A stretch of 64,000 bases of DNA from Pseudovirgaria hyperparasitica (taxonomy: Eukaryota), in assembly GCA_010093815.1 (NCBI GenBank), contig ML996582.1, one strand, 5' to 3'. A program made the translations under genes and the position numbers. Positions 49,029 to 62,184 of this stretch are shown one piece after another. Under the pieces are notes generated by a model. The model saw only the letters and a program-made list of their open reading frames with translations, was not told where the DNA came from and searched no databases. How positions within the stretch are numbered: the first letter of the stretch is position 1; the number at the start of each line of letters is the position of its first letter.

Positions 49029-50200
49029 ATGACCAAAGAAGACGTCGAGCAGACAGCTCCTGATGTTAGCTACGAGGAGCTTGCGGCGATCGAGCACGAC
49101 TTTGAGGAAGCCGAGCTCGACATTAGTATGTTTTCCTCGAGCCCATTTTGTAGTCGTATACTACTCTTGCTCTGATATCCACACATGGCTTTGCGCATCC
49201 GCTTTGGATTTATTCTAACCTTTATAACCTGTACCTAGTCCGCGCAACCACCAAGCGCTTTGCGCCTCTCTACATCAAGCGCAAGGCCATCATCGACAAG
49301 ATCCCTGCCTTCTGGGCGTTGGTCCTCGAACAGGCGCCTCCCGAGCTCGACCAATTCATCCAGCCCTCCGACAGCCAGGTCTTTGCCGATGCTCTGACCG
49401 ACATGTCCGTCTCGCGCTTTGAGATTGATGACCCGGCTGGCTCTCCCCGCAGTATCAGCATTACCTTTACCTTCTCCGAGAATGAGTACTTCACGAACAA
49501 GACGTTGAACAAGAAGTTCTGGTATCGTCGCAGCAGCGAGGACCACGTTACCCTGGTCAGCGAGCCTGTGCAGATCGACTGGAAAGAGGGCAAGGACCTC
49601 ACAAACGGACTGAACGCTGCTGTGATTTCTCTCTGGAAGGCTCGCGCTGGGGCCGCCAAGGGCACCAAGCAGAGCGAGATTCCAGAGTTCAAGAAGCTGT
49701 TGAAGGTGATTGAGCAGAGCGAGACGGATGAGGCGCTGAGCTTCTTCACTTGGTTCAGCTTCGTGAGCGACTCGCGCTGGATCAGCGCCGAGGAGAGCGC
49801 CGAGGCAACAAAGAAGGCTCGCGAGGAGCGCAACAAGCCCAAGGTCGACAAGAAAGAGGAGGAGCCAGAGATGGTCGATGCCGAGGATCTGGAGCTTGAT
49901 ATCTTGAGCGAAGTCCATGGTGCTGGGGCGGAGATTGCGAACATCATTGCCGAGGACGTCTGGCCTAACGCCATTGAGTACTACAGTAAGTCGTCCTCCT
50001 CACAGGTCAGTGACCTGGAAGGCCCGTACTAACAACATATTGCAGCCCAATCCCAGTTCGACGACGAGGAACTCTCCGAGCTCGACGAAGACGAGGAAAT
50101 GGACGACGATTCCGAGGGCGAGGAGGTCGATATCCGCGCGCTTGTTGGCAAGGGCAAGACCTCAAACTCCCCCCCTCCTCCCAAGAAGCGCAAGGCCTAG
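49029..50200 (+). CDS. NAP-family histone chaperone (Vps75/SET-like)
   Basis: IDKIPAFWALV, PRSISITFTFSENEYF, IDWKEGKDLT, SFFTWF, EDVWPNAIEYY, acidic tail with NLS PPPKKRKA; introns 49126-49238 and 49986-50045; TATATAA near 48894. Confidence 0.9.
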
Positions 50201-50461
50201 GCTAACCTCTCTTTTGGCGGCATTCAGGATGTTGCAAGGGTCGTGCTCACCAGCATTAAGTCTGCTGTTTCCTTTTTTTCCAATCACCCGTCTCTCTGTC
50301 CGCGTATCTGTGGTACCAGAGCGTGGAGGCTATTAGCAGCGCTATATTCTTCGGTCGTCATACGGGGGTCCTTGTGCGGGATGGATGATTGGGGGGACGT
50401 GGTTTGGGGGGAGTGGGAGGGGTGGTTCTATATGTCTGTCTGTCTTATGTATGGTTTCTTA

Positions 50462-50605
50462 TCTCTCTCTCTCTCTCTCTATTTCTTTCTTTCTTTCTTT
50501 CTTTCTCTCTTTCTCTCTCTCTCTTGCTTGTATACCCCGACCCCATGTGGTACTTCGGACTGTCTGGCCAGATGTGTGTGTCTGTGTGTGTGTGTGTGTG
50601 TGTGT
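50462..50605. repeat. (CT)n/(CTTT)n and (GT)n microsatellites
   Basis: Read directly. Confidence 0.9.
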
Positions 50606-50884
50606 TTCAATCACGTCGGATTTCTATACGGTATGGTTACCAAACCAACAAAAAGTTTATTATTCACTTTACTCTCTGCTGGATGTCTTCGCGTCTCTTG
50701 AAACCGAGTAGTGAGTCTTTGTACCCTTGTATACCACACCACATACGAAGACGGAGATTATAGGGTAGATAAGGTAGGCTATACGATGTTGTGTGTGTAT
50801 GGGTGATGTCCTGGTCGGTCTGAACGCTCCGTATCCCTCTCCATACTTTCTCAATACAGTATATATATATATATCTCATTGCCA

Positions 50885-50935
50885 GGGGTATCTCAAAAGG
50901 TATCGCTAAGGGTATCGCAAAGGGTATCTCAAAGG
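50885..50935. repeat. 12-bp imperfect tandem repeat (about 4 copies, AGGGTATCKCAA)
   Basis: ggggtatctcaaaaggtatcgctaagggtatcgcaaagggtatctcaaagg. Confidence 0.8.
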
Positions 50936-52101
50936 CTCTCGGAGGAGTAGTGAAGGAGGTGTCAAAGGTGTTCCAGGGGGTGATCAAAGGAGGTTCAAAG
51001 GAGGTTTAAAGGAGGTTTAGGGGGGTTATCGAAGGAGGGTCGGAGGATTCTATTGTATGGGCATTATCTTGCATTTCGTGGCTGTGGCTGTGGCGTGGGT
51101 GCCTGCGTCGGTGTAGGGAGTCTGGGATGTGCGTGTGTCGTGCTTTTGTGGCTGTCTGTCGCGTTTGATGAGGTGTGATGGGTGGTGTTGATGTTTGTTG
51201 TGTGATGTGTGATGTGTATCTCGCCAGCGACTTTGACAATTTTAACCAGTTCAGGAACCGGAACACGTCAGGTTGCCACGCGAGCTATATAAAGCTATAT
51301 GAAGCTATATAAAGCTTTCACACAACAGATTTAGAAATAGAAATAGCAAAGGTAACATGAGGCAATAGTCGGCGATTCTTTGGTAGTTTTGACTACTTAG
51401 TTGTGTTGGGTGTTTTGAAATCGTACGTAGCTCATGCGGCATACGGAGGTGCGTATGTATGTATAGAGGTATGTAGAGGTATGTATATATAGATATAGAT
51501 ATAGATATATGGAACAACTAGAATGAAAACTGAGATTAAAACAGGAATAGGAAACTAAACGTTCTCTGATACTACGTTATGTTTTGTTGGTGCGATGCGA
51601 GTGTGTATCTTTGTGAGCATATGTGATGTGATGAGGGGCGGTAGTGGATGATGGGTGTTGTTTGTAGTTTAGATGCCTTTTTTTTGATTGTTTTCTTTGG
51701 TAGGAGGGGAGTGGAGGGGGGGATAGTAGATTAGTTGGTAGAAGAGGTGATAGGGGATTGTTTAGTGGGGGATGGTGCGATAGAACAGGGTGTATATATG
51801 GAGCTGTAGCTGTAGACATAGTAGTTGCAGTGGTAGGACTGGTAGGTTGTTCTTATATTATTTATATTATACACCATCTACCGCGCCTACGAATTGAGAA
51901 ATTGAGAATCAGAGATTTGGGGCTTCTAATTAATACCCAGGTTTTTGGCATCTAATCAGACAAATCTCATTATCATTACATTTGGGGGTGTTGGAGGATA
52001 CATGTAGCAGCTGGCGCGAAGACGAAGCACTTGGGGGGATCTTGATGATCCTTTATTACGATTAAAAGAGTACACACACATACATACATACACACAAGTA
52101 T

Positions 52102-54341
52102 CTACACCAACAGCACATCCCTCCTCCGAGCCCTACGCACACAACGCTCGTCAAACACACAGCCAATCCCAACTCTCCTATAAGCCGGCGCCACAGCAAC
52201 AGCACTCGTAGAAAGTCTCCGCCCACTCGCAGGAACCAACACCAAGACCCAACACCTGTAAAAGTCCGGCCACGCGGGATTGCGCTGCTCAAACAGGCTC
52301 AGACAGACGAAATCGCCCGTCTCTCTGCTGTCAACATCCAGACGCGCCATGCCAAGCATATCGCCCTTCCCAACACCGTCAAAAAGCCCGTGACAGCGCA
52401 CGTTGCAGTCGGCCTCGGGGCTCCAGCCGGGGTATATGCCCCAGAGATGAGACTGCTGGAGGAGTTCCCAGGCGTCCATGGGGCGGGCGTGGAGAGTAGC
52501 GGTGCGAGCGTGGAAGAGGAGGTGAGTGGTAGCGGCGAGGGTGATATCGCCCGATTTATAGATTCTGCGGAGATGGGACAGGGTGCGGCCGGGCGAGGAG
52601 GGGTGTTTGATGAAGAAGGAGATGTTGCCGTCCAGGGCGGCCCAGGACCAGGAGGAGCAGCGGGGGGTGCTGGGCTTGCGGAGTGGTGTGGCGGCAGCGC
52701 TGCCCCATGCTAGGCTTTTGAGAAGGGTTTCGGTGGGCTGCATGATGTGGCCTGCGATGAAATGCGTGTCGTGTTGCTCTGTGATGCGGGTCATGATGCC
52801 GGATATAGCGGGTAGCTTGTCGCGCGTGAGCGTCATTTGGCATCTGCTGTACCGCTCGACGAGGGAGAGCCAGTCGTTGTGCGAGTCCCAGAAGGTGGCG
52901 GTGAATAGGCGTTGCTTCAGGGAGTGCAGCTTGTCGCCTGTGTTCGACTCGCTCTGGCGTCCGCTCTCGGACCAGATCCGGCACTGGCACTCCCAGTGTG
53001 CTTGGGACTTGCAGAAATGGACGGTGCGTACGGAGAAGAAGCGTTCTTGGAAGACCCAGGCTCGTGAAGTGATTGGCAGGGTGTTCAAGTCTACTTCTTC
53101 GTGGTGCTTGATCTTGACAAACTCTTTGCCGGGATAGGACTGGTATGCTGATCCGAGGTGGACTTTTGAGAACGGGCTGGGGGTACTCCTGTGCTCTAGA
53201 AAGTGATGATGATCGCCGGTTGATTCTGAGGCCGAGATGGTCAGATATGCATTTTCGTAGATCGTCCCCATCATAGGGGCTTCTTCTTCCCAGTCCTTCA
53301 GGTCGTCCTGGATGATACACTATTACATGTAAGCTAGAGCGATGGATGAAGGATAAGAGTATACGACGAGCACAGAAAGGGAGCTATGATATAAGAAACA
53401 TCCGTCATATCTCATCCTCGGACGCCGCTGAAAAACATACGAAAGGGGAGATGCTTACCAATGAATCTATCCATAGATAGCGGAAGCCAAGTAGACGTGT
53501 GACTCGAATGGCATCTGTGAAAGAATGCGGCAGCTGAGAAGCATCGACACGACTCTGTCTGTGCTTGTAGTTTGCTCGTACTGTACATCCTTGCTTATTC
53601 CTGCCCCATCGATGGCTCAGGGCAAGGTATTGAGCTTTCGTAGACGAATTGACGAGCAGACACAAGCGAGATCTGTTGTCGGCCTGAACATCCAGTATCC
53701 GCCGGGGCAGTCGTGTCATCGACGTGCGGCAAGCAGGATGTGCTTCGCATTTCGACATCCACATCTTTATCGTCGCTATAGTACTGTCAAGATACGTGGT
53801 GGATCTCCAAGGAATGTATTCGGTGAGTAGATTTACTGATCAGCGCGGATTAGCATTGGATAGGCTTTGAGTTTGCAGCGGGAAACCACTTGAGTATCGG
53901 TCGACTCATGTCCTGTCACTGTAGGACCGGGAGAAGCTCACATTGATTAGTCGAGGCTTTTATCGAACCAAACTCACAGGCGCTCTTTAAGCTGGGAATC
54001 TTGATCACGACCGACTTTCGGGTAGGTGAAAGAAACACCAAGATCTCCATGGTCATATTAGCGGGTGTCAACATATGAGCAGTTTGCCATTCGCGTGCAA
54101 TGGTTCTGCAGACAGCGCATCTCTCCCATGGTACCCGGTTAACGCCCTGTCCAAGGGTCACCATGCTCTTGGGAAAGCCATTGCGCTTGAGTACAATCCA
54201 TATTAGTCTTTCGCACTGTATACACAGCTGCTGTGGCGATTTGAGTCGTTTCAAGGCTGTCATATTAGCATCGAGGTAGAGGGTCCAGAGATCGACATGG
54301 AATGTGGTGTTTTTGTCAGTCCTTGGCCGATACTTGATCAT
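52102..54341 (-). CDS. Heterokaryon-incompatibility (HET domain, PF06985-type) protein
   Basis: LPRRILDV, YLALSHRWG, LPHSFTDAIRVTRLLGFRYLWIDSL|CIIQDD..DWEEE..MGTIYENAYLTISA, RAWVFQER, DKLPAISGI, SWSWAA; introns 53941-53836 and 53458-53320. Confidence 0.9.
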
Positions 54342-55356
54342 AGATTGCCTACACGCCCCTTTAAGAGACGACTTACTCCTCTGTATATGTTCATCCTTAC
54401 GACCCGGTGCACAGACACAGGTCTATGGATGCATGCGTAGCCCTTCCAGAAGCAACGCTAGAAGGATAAGCGAGCGTCGGTCTACTTATGACTCTAGACG
54501 TAGTAGAGTCGCTGGCCTGGGGTAGTGTGAAGCTTCAAGCCTTCAAGGAACCACATGCCCTTTTGAGGCTGGTTGAGGCTGTGTTCAGGTACACTGGACG
54601 TGTGATTGGAGGATTTGCAGCGAGAGATTCGCCTTAGCTGAGGCTGACGACGCAGACAACATAGAGACCCGGCTGCGGAACAAATCTGCCCGTGTCTCAT
54701 GACCGACAGATAGTGTGAACACGGAGCTGTTGTTGGGGTGCGCGCGACCGTCGAGGAAGTCGTTGACATTGTTGCCTGCTTCGCACTAGAATGTTTGGAG
54801 CAAAGCCATGCACGCCCTAGAATGATTATCTAATCGCAGCATTTGTTGTTCTAATACCGACATTCAACGACAATGTCAGAATTACCTTCCTCAATTAAGC
54901 TTATACAGCCAATCACCATTGGTCTCTGACGTCAAGCACGGACTTGGTCAATGAAGTGCTAGTTTCCGCCTGCAACACCACAACAGCCCGGGCTTGTAAA
55001 GCTGCTGTCGCTGTTATTTGTGGAGCCGAGGAAGTCTGGAGACACGCGTGCTCGGGGGTAAAATTGCCATTTCACAGTTCTGTCTTACAAACACGCCAGT
55101 TCGATGCCCGTTCTTCCTTTCACACCATCGCCAAAACCACACCACCTAGATACAACTGTCGGCAGCGTTAGGCTCGTGGTTGCAGTACTTCGGACAAGCC
55201 CTGATGGTGATCGCTGGTCTATCAAGACGTCCTCGCAGCTCTGCACAAGGACTCGAGAAATCAGCGGACGAAATGCATATTTGAAGGCCGTGCTCAGTAC
55301 TTAGAGCAGCATGTTCCTCGTGAGCTTCATGTCAGTCTCCTAGCTTCCTCGTTTGT

Positions 55357-56056
55357 TCAGCCTTGTTCACCCTCCTCTTTATCTGTCCCATTGACATTCA
55401 AGCCCTCCATCTTGACTTCCACTTCCGTGCTCGTGTTCCCGGCTTTGACAGTCATCTCGACCTCCTGTTCCTCACCTCCGTCCTCCTTATCGTCGCCTGC
55501 TTTGCCCACAAATCCTTGCTCTAGCCCAACTGCCTCTCTGAGTAGCCATTCTACCACCTCTTCTTTATTGTTCAGTTCGGCCTCAAATACACAGTCATGC
55601 CCAGCGGCATTTACCAGCGCCGCATCCGCGCCTGCCTGGACGAGTAATTGTACAGCGGCCAAGTGCCCATTCAGTGCGGCCCAGTGTAACGGCGTGTTGA
55701 GGGAGGAATTGCGGGGGTTCAGGGGGGACTTGTCGGGAGAAGATGCCAGTGGAGTGATGAGAGCAGTAACAGTTTCTGAAGAGAGTCAGCAATCGCCAGC
55801 CTGCTGTGAGGGTCTGAACAAGGCACATGCCGACATGACCATTAGCTGCAGCGTAGTGCAATGGTGTGTTTTTGCTGTCTGGGTCTACGGCTGCCGATAC
55901 TACTGAAGCGATAGACGTAGCATGGGTTTTTGCGAGCGCGGCGAGAGTGGTGGAGAGCTCTGCGGCATCGTTCGTCCGGGCGAGGTAGAGGATATCGTCA
56001 ATGTCGTCTTCGGTGAGGGCAGGTTGCGTGGCAGCGACTGCTACTGGCTCTGACAT
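55357..56056 (-). CDS. YAR1: Ankyrin-repeat protein Yar1 (Rps3 chaperone)
   Basis: LTEDDIDDILYLARTND, NTPLHYAAANGH, NTPLHWAALNGHL, NAAGHDCVFEAE; inferred GC-AG intron 55830-55776. Confidence 0.85.
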
Positions 56057-56486
56057 GATGATCTTGGGTATCTAAGGCAAAGAACGAGGAGGAAGAATCA
56101 CACTTTGGATATCCAAAACACTGTCAGGAAATTTTAGCCAAGCTTTTGGTGGGGGACCTCCCCGCATGATGTCCAGTGCTCTGAAACGTCTTGGCTGGCA
56201 AATGATAGGGAGCTTGCAGATTAGGCGGTGACGGACCTCCGCTCCACCATTTGGCGCTCGACGTTGCACAGCTTCAACATAGCAACCTCACCAAACTCTA
56301 CTTCATACCCTGCGATCATGATGCATTGTCGACGACAACAACAGTCAATCCCGATCGCATAAGTTCTTCTCGAGCTCACTTGACTCGAATCACACCGCCT
56401 CCGCCTTCGCCCCCCGACTCTCTCTCCATCTCAATCCAACAATCGAACCACGAGACCAGCAGTAGTAGTACACCAGTAACACCACG

Positions 56487-57658
56487 ATGAGCTCCTCCAC
56501 CCCGGCAAAGCGCCAGAAGCAGCGCAAGGTGCTCCTCATGGGAAAGAGCGGGGCTGGAAAGTCTTCTATGCGTAGCATTGTCTTCAGCAATTACGTTGCG
56601 AAAGATGTGCGTAGACTAGGCGCGACGATCGATGTAGAGCACAGTAACATAAAGTTCATGGGAAACCTGATGCTAAATCTATGGGATTGCGGAGGGTACG
56701 TTCCCCATTCAGACTCCAGTAGATCAAAATCATCACAGATCATCTGCCGTGCCATGTTTGCAGTAGTTATCAGCATTGCGCATCACGGGCCGAATATCAA
56801 TCAGCAGTTTGAGGGCTGACCCGCACGCATGACCACAGACAAGACGGCTTCGTCGAGAACTACCTCACCAACCAACGCACACATGTCTTCGGTTCCGTCG
56901 CGGTGCTAATATTCGTCTTCGACATTGAGTCACGCGAATTCCAAGCCGACGTTATCTCCTACTCCAATATCATCCGCGCACTGACCGAATGCTCGCCCAC
57001 GGCCAAGGTGTTCATCCTCATCCACAAAATGGACCTCGTCCAGCTGCGGCTGCGCTCCCAACTCTTCGAGGAGCGCGCAGAGTACATCCGCGCCTCGTCC
57101 GAGGGCTTCCGCGACAGCGTCGACTTCTTCCCGACCAGCATCTGGGACCAGAGCCTGTACAAGGCCTGGACGCAGATCATCTACTTTCTCATCCCGAACG
57201 CGCAGAAAATCGAGTCAGCCCTCAAGGACCTGGCCGACGTCATCGACGCCCGCGAACTGGTGCTCTACGAACGCACCACCTGCCTCATGGTCACGCATGT
57301 CACGCGCGGCGCAGAGCTCTCGAACCCCTACACCGACCGCTTCGAGCGCATCTCGAGCATCCTCAAGACGCACAAGCAGAGCATGGCCAAGCACACCAGC
57401 CTGCCGCCCAACGCGGCCAATTTCGCAGAGCTGCATATCAAGACGGGCCGCTTCATGTTCTTCATCACGCGGCTGACGGAGAATACGAACCTGGCTGTTG
57501 ACATCCCGCCCAGCGAGCAGGTGTTTAATGCTGCGCGCATGAACATCATGCTTGCGCGGCCAAAGTTTGCCGAGCTGGATATTGCGAGCAAGGCCAAGGC
57601 GGGGACGCAGGGTGTGGGCGGGGAGGACAGCGGAGACAGAGACGGCGTTGCGGCGTAG
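56487..57658 (+). CDS. GTR1: Rag GTPase Gtr1/RagA (TORC1 amino-acid signalling)
   Basis: [67 protein letters not shown]; intron 56696-56838. Confidence 0.96.
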
Positions 57659-60271
57659 ATGATGGGAAGGCGCAGTACGGGCGGGAGAGTCCCAGGGCCA
57701 GGGAGGTCATAGATGATAGATGAAATGACAATGACGAGCGAGGAAGATAAATCCTCTCGGAAACAGGGAGGAGTCTGATCAAAGGCAGAGGACAAGTTCA
57801 GGCATACACTCAGGCACAAGGCACAAGGAGTTCTCTCGGCGATACCCAAGCTAGCATATCCACAGCTACACTTCAACACCATTTCTCACACCATCGCAAT
57901 CACTGACCTGATCCCACTACCGCAACCAGGCACTATAACATACAGTCCCAGACCTATCTCTCATCGGAAAAACCCCCCACCAACACCTCTCCCCTCCCCC
58001 CTTCTAGCTTTCAACAATCAGAGACCCATCGAGTATCGCAACTTATCCCACCCCCCTTATACACCTCCCACCCCCTCAAGCCCGGCCCCCTCCACACTCC
58101 CGACCTCCGCACCACAGTCGTAGATACCGGCGCACGAGACAAGCTCCCACATAATCCCCGCCTTATCCGCTGCTCATCCGCCGCTCATCCGACGCTCGTC
58201 TATCGCTCATCCATCCGCCACAACTCCAACTCCGGACTCCGGACCCCGGATACGTCTATACATCCGGTCGCCGGGCGTGATGGAATGTTGTACTTACTCC
58301 ATACACTCCAACAGCGGGACAGGTGGGGCATAAATCGGAGATAAGTGGGGAATAGGTGGGAGCGGGGAGGGGAAGAAGGGTCTAGGCATCGGAGTGACGG
58401 CTGGGGCGCGAGCGCGAGCACGAACGCGACGTGACGCAGGAACACGGCTTGATTGACTGATCGCTTGATGAATTAGACTGGTATGATGGTGAAGGCTACC
58501 TGCGTGCGGGTAAGTGGGGAAGTTGATGTAGAAGTAAATCCAGACATAGCTGCGCTTTGTGACGAATGGTGAATATATGTTGGATGAGGAGAACAGCCTG
58601 TAAGGCTGAATGGAAGTGCACGGACACGCTGGTGTGTTGTGTTATCTGTCTGTCTGTCTGTCTATCAACCTAGGGCCCGTATGCGACCCACCTATCCCAT
58701 CCGGTCCCAGGAAAACTAGGTGCAGATGACAGGGCTATGGAGTCATAATTCTGGAATGGCAATCTAGAATTCGCGCTTCTGTTAAGCTAATTCGGCAGAG
58801 ATATGCTGGGTTCTTCGGCTATGCAGGTTGAGGGCTGATGGCATTCGGGAAGACGGGAGATGGGTTCTGGCTTGATGCTGTCCTGGGCGGTTGGAAGGGG
58901 GCTACGTACCGGGGAGTAGGGGGAGGGGAGCAGTGGTAGTAGAAGGTAGAGTGGGAGTAGGGGAGGGGGTACGTAAGGCATAGGGGGTCCGTAGGGCATA
59001 GGGCATAGAGTGGAGTACGTGGAATGGATGCGCAAGGCGAGTATTACCGAAACAGGCAGGACTTGCGAGACGGGTATACGAATATACGACTCCATCAATC
59101 CGTGATACCCATCTATGATTCCATGAGCTCATCTATGGATCTATGATTCCACGATACCATGATACTACGACATCTACCCCTCTCTCTCAGGTCTAATTAG
59201 CTAGTTAGACTGCTCTTCGTGATGGACTAGAAGGTGTAGACTAGACAATACGATACTATAGACTATACTTTCCCATCCTTCAATCTCACAATACCATCAT
59301 CCGACTACAGACACACCATACCCAGCCCTGCTCCCCACTCAACCAACCACCACACATCCAAGGACCGCAAGCAACGTCCCCGAGCAACCGAAGAACAAGG
59401 GAAACAGTGGATCCCGGGGACAAAGACTGTTCTCGATTTCGGTAGGGCTATTCGCAAAAGAGGGAGATTGGGGGCTAGCCAGGTTTCTTAGCATACGATG
59501 TAGAAATTGTGGAATTGTAGGACGGGTGCGATTCCTTTCTTCCTTTGTTGGAAGGCATAAGGTGCGTATGGTATGTATAATACGTAAAGATAAAAAGGGA
59601 TGATTCTAGACGACAGCTAAGCAAACCTACTACTATATACTACTATACACGATCTAGAGTATATGATATACATCACCACCACCATCGACAGTACTCTCCG
59701 TGCCATGAGTCATCAAGTCTCTATAAAATTTCTAGTGTAGAGGGTATCCTGCACAAAAATAATCCTCTAAATCCCCCTTTTCATCTTACTATATACTACC
59801 TAGCCGTGCTCCTAGCTTCCCAATGCATTTACCATCTCCCAACCTAGCATCAATACCATAGTCCGTCTTACCAATTCCATAACCTATCTATTAATCAAGC
59901 AATCCATACATACTATACTGCGCCGCTGAGCACTACTATATACACTACTACAATACTTCACCACCAAATATCGCCAAAACTAGGTAATTAATAGATCTAG
60001 ACATCGGTTGCAGATACCATCCCAATCAAATACCCTCCCAAACACCTACCATCCCAAATACAACCCTAAACAAAACCCCCCCAAAAACCTCACCCAGACA
60101 TAATCCCTACTAAACGTCCAAAAGCGTACCCAGAAGCGTATTACTCCAAAGAACCTAACCCTCCTCTCGGCCAAGCCGAGCCGTTTTCCCTTACAGTGCA
60201 GTTTAGTATTAACAGGTCCTATGTTATTAGGTACTAACTCGGCGGGTTGGATGTTTGTATGCTTTGGGGAG

Positions 60272-60460
60272 GGTATAGGGGTTGTGGAGGTTGTGGAGGT
60301 TGTGGAGGTTGTGGAGGTTGTGGAGGTTGTGGAGGTTGTGAAGGTTGTGAAGGTTGTGGAGGGTATAGGGGTTATAGAGGTTATAGAGGTTATAGAGGTT
60401 GTAGAGGTTGTGGAGGTTGTGGAGGTTGTGGAGGTTGTAGGGGTGGTGGAGGGTATATGA
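60272..60460. repeat. 9-bp minisatellite (GTTGTGGAG)n, about 21 units, with 90-bp higher-order period
   Basis: Units read directly; variant GGTATA unit recurs at 60272, 60362 and 60452. Confidence 0.95.
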
Positions 60461-61652
60461 CTTGTTACGTTATGCGTTATGCTAGGTGTGCTTTAGGGAG
60501 GGGAGGTTTGGGGATTGGAGATTGATGGGTTGAGGACTGTATGTGTGTGTGTATATGTGTGTATATGTGTGTGTATGTATATAGCGGAGGAGCATACTTG
60601 CGTATGTATTTGGTCATGTAGATATGTATGTATGTATGTGCATACAACAAACACTCCAACGACCCCCTCTTCCCTTTAGTCCTTCGTATGTTAATGTGTT
60701 CGCTCGAACCGAGAGACCCAAGGTACCCTCTTCTCTATTCTATCCTTATACCCACTTTCCAATCCTATTATCCTCTACATTTCTCCATACCCTCCACCCC
60801 ATTCCCACCCGATCCCCACCCCACTACCACCCTACCATTTACACCTCCCCCCTTTATTCCCCTTTTTCCTTGCTATAAATCTCACCTTTTTCCCGTTCTC
60901 GCGCTTTAGTAGTTGTTTTGTTTCCTCTCTTTTCTCTTTTTTTTCGTTTTTTTTTTTCGTTTTTTTTGATTGTTTTTAGTGGGAGACGGGTGGTGGGAAG
61001 GGGGAATACATGTACGTACTTTTCGGTGTCCGGGTTTAGCTGTGGGGATATTTGGGGTGTTGGGCTGTTGGGCTGTAGGTGGTGGAGCTTTGGGGCTTGC
61101 AGGAGGTATGTGGATGCGGAGGATGAGGAGATAGTGAGGGGGGAGGAGATGGGAGGTATATGCAGGTATGGGGAGGCGGGGATGAGGAGGTAGTGAGGGG
61201 AGAGGAGATGGGAGGTAGGTGGAGAATGGGGAGAGGAAGTAGAGTGAAAGGTATAGATGGGTAGTAGTAAGGAGATGAGATGAGATGTTGGAACTGTGGG
61301 TATCTAGCGGATAGGTCGTCATCCGACGACGACGAGGACGACGACGAGGACGGCGGCGGCGGCGGGCTGTGTGGCTGGGTGCTTGGTAAACCTTGGACAA
61401 TCCGTTGTCCTTGTCGTCATTCGCTGCTTCGAATGCATCGGGAGATCATATATATGGATCAATGTATAGATGCATGAATATAATATATACTAGATGTGAC
61501 ACTTACCATGGATGTATAGATCCACGAATATAATACATAGCAGACACGACACTGACGATAGAAATATGCATACAAATACATAAACATACGTATACATAAA
61601 CGAATGAACACACAAGACAGACGTACACATGCACGCGCACATCTATACCCAA

Positions 61653-61696
61653 ACCCAACCCAACCTAACCCAACCTAACCCACCCCAACCCAACCC
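61653..61696. repeat. (CCCAA/CCTAA)n pentamer microsatellite
   Basis: acccaacccaacctaacccaacctaacccaccccaacccaaccc. Confidence 0.85.
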
Positions 61697-62124
61697 ATCA
61701 TCAAAAACACCCACAACAGCAACACTTCATCAAAAGAACGACACAGTATAATCACAACAATGTTTCATTTCGCGCAATCTGCGTCTCCCACCCAATACCC
61801 CAGCCAGACCAGACGGAGGCATCATTTATGTATCTATTCCCCCTGGGCCCCCCTCCCCAAAAGTCTTCCCATGTGGTATATACCTTGTGCCGTATGCCGT
61901 ATGCCGTATGCCATATATGCCATATATGCCCCATGTCCTATGCCGTATGACTTATGCTCCCCCCCCCCAGAAACCCCAGACAACAAGCGCAGCAGGAAAA
62001 GAGGAAATAAGAAAGAATTGTATCAAAGTATATCGTACATGTGGGGCGTGCATTGCATCGTGTTCCGGCCTCCGTTTTTCTGCATATCTCCTCCCGAACT
62101 TCTTCGACTGTTTCCAGAGCGAAT

Positions 62125-62184
62125 AACAACGACAACAACGACAACAACGACAACAACGACAACAACGACAACAACAACAACAAC
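62125..62184. repeat. (AACAACGAC)n/(AAC)n microsatellite
   Basis: Read directly. Confidence 0.92.

Noticed and set aside
60221..60525. ORFs encoding (VEV)n and (GGC)n repeats
   Set aside because: Translations of the 9-bp minisatellite.
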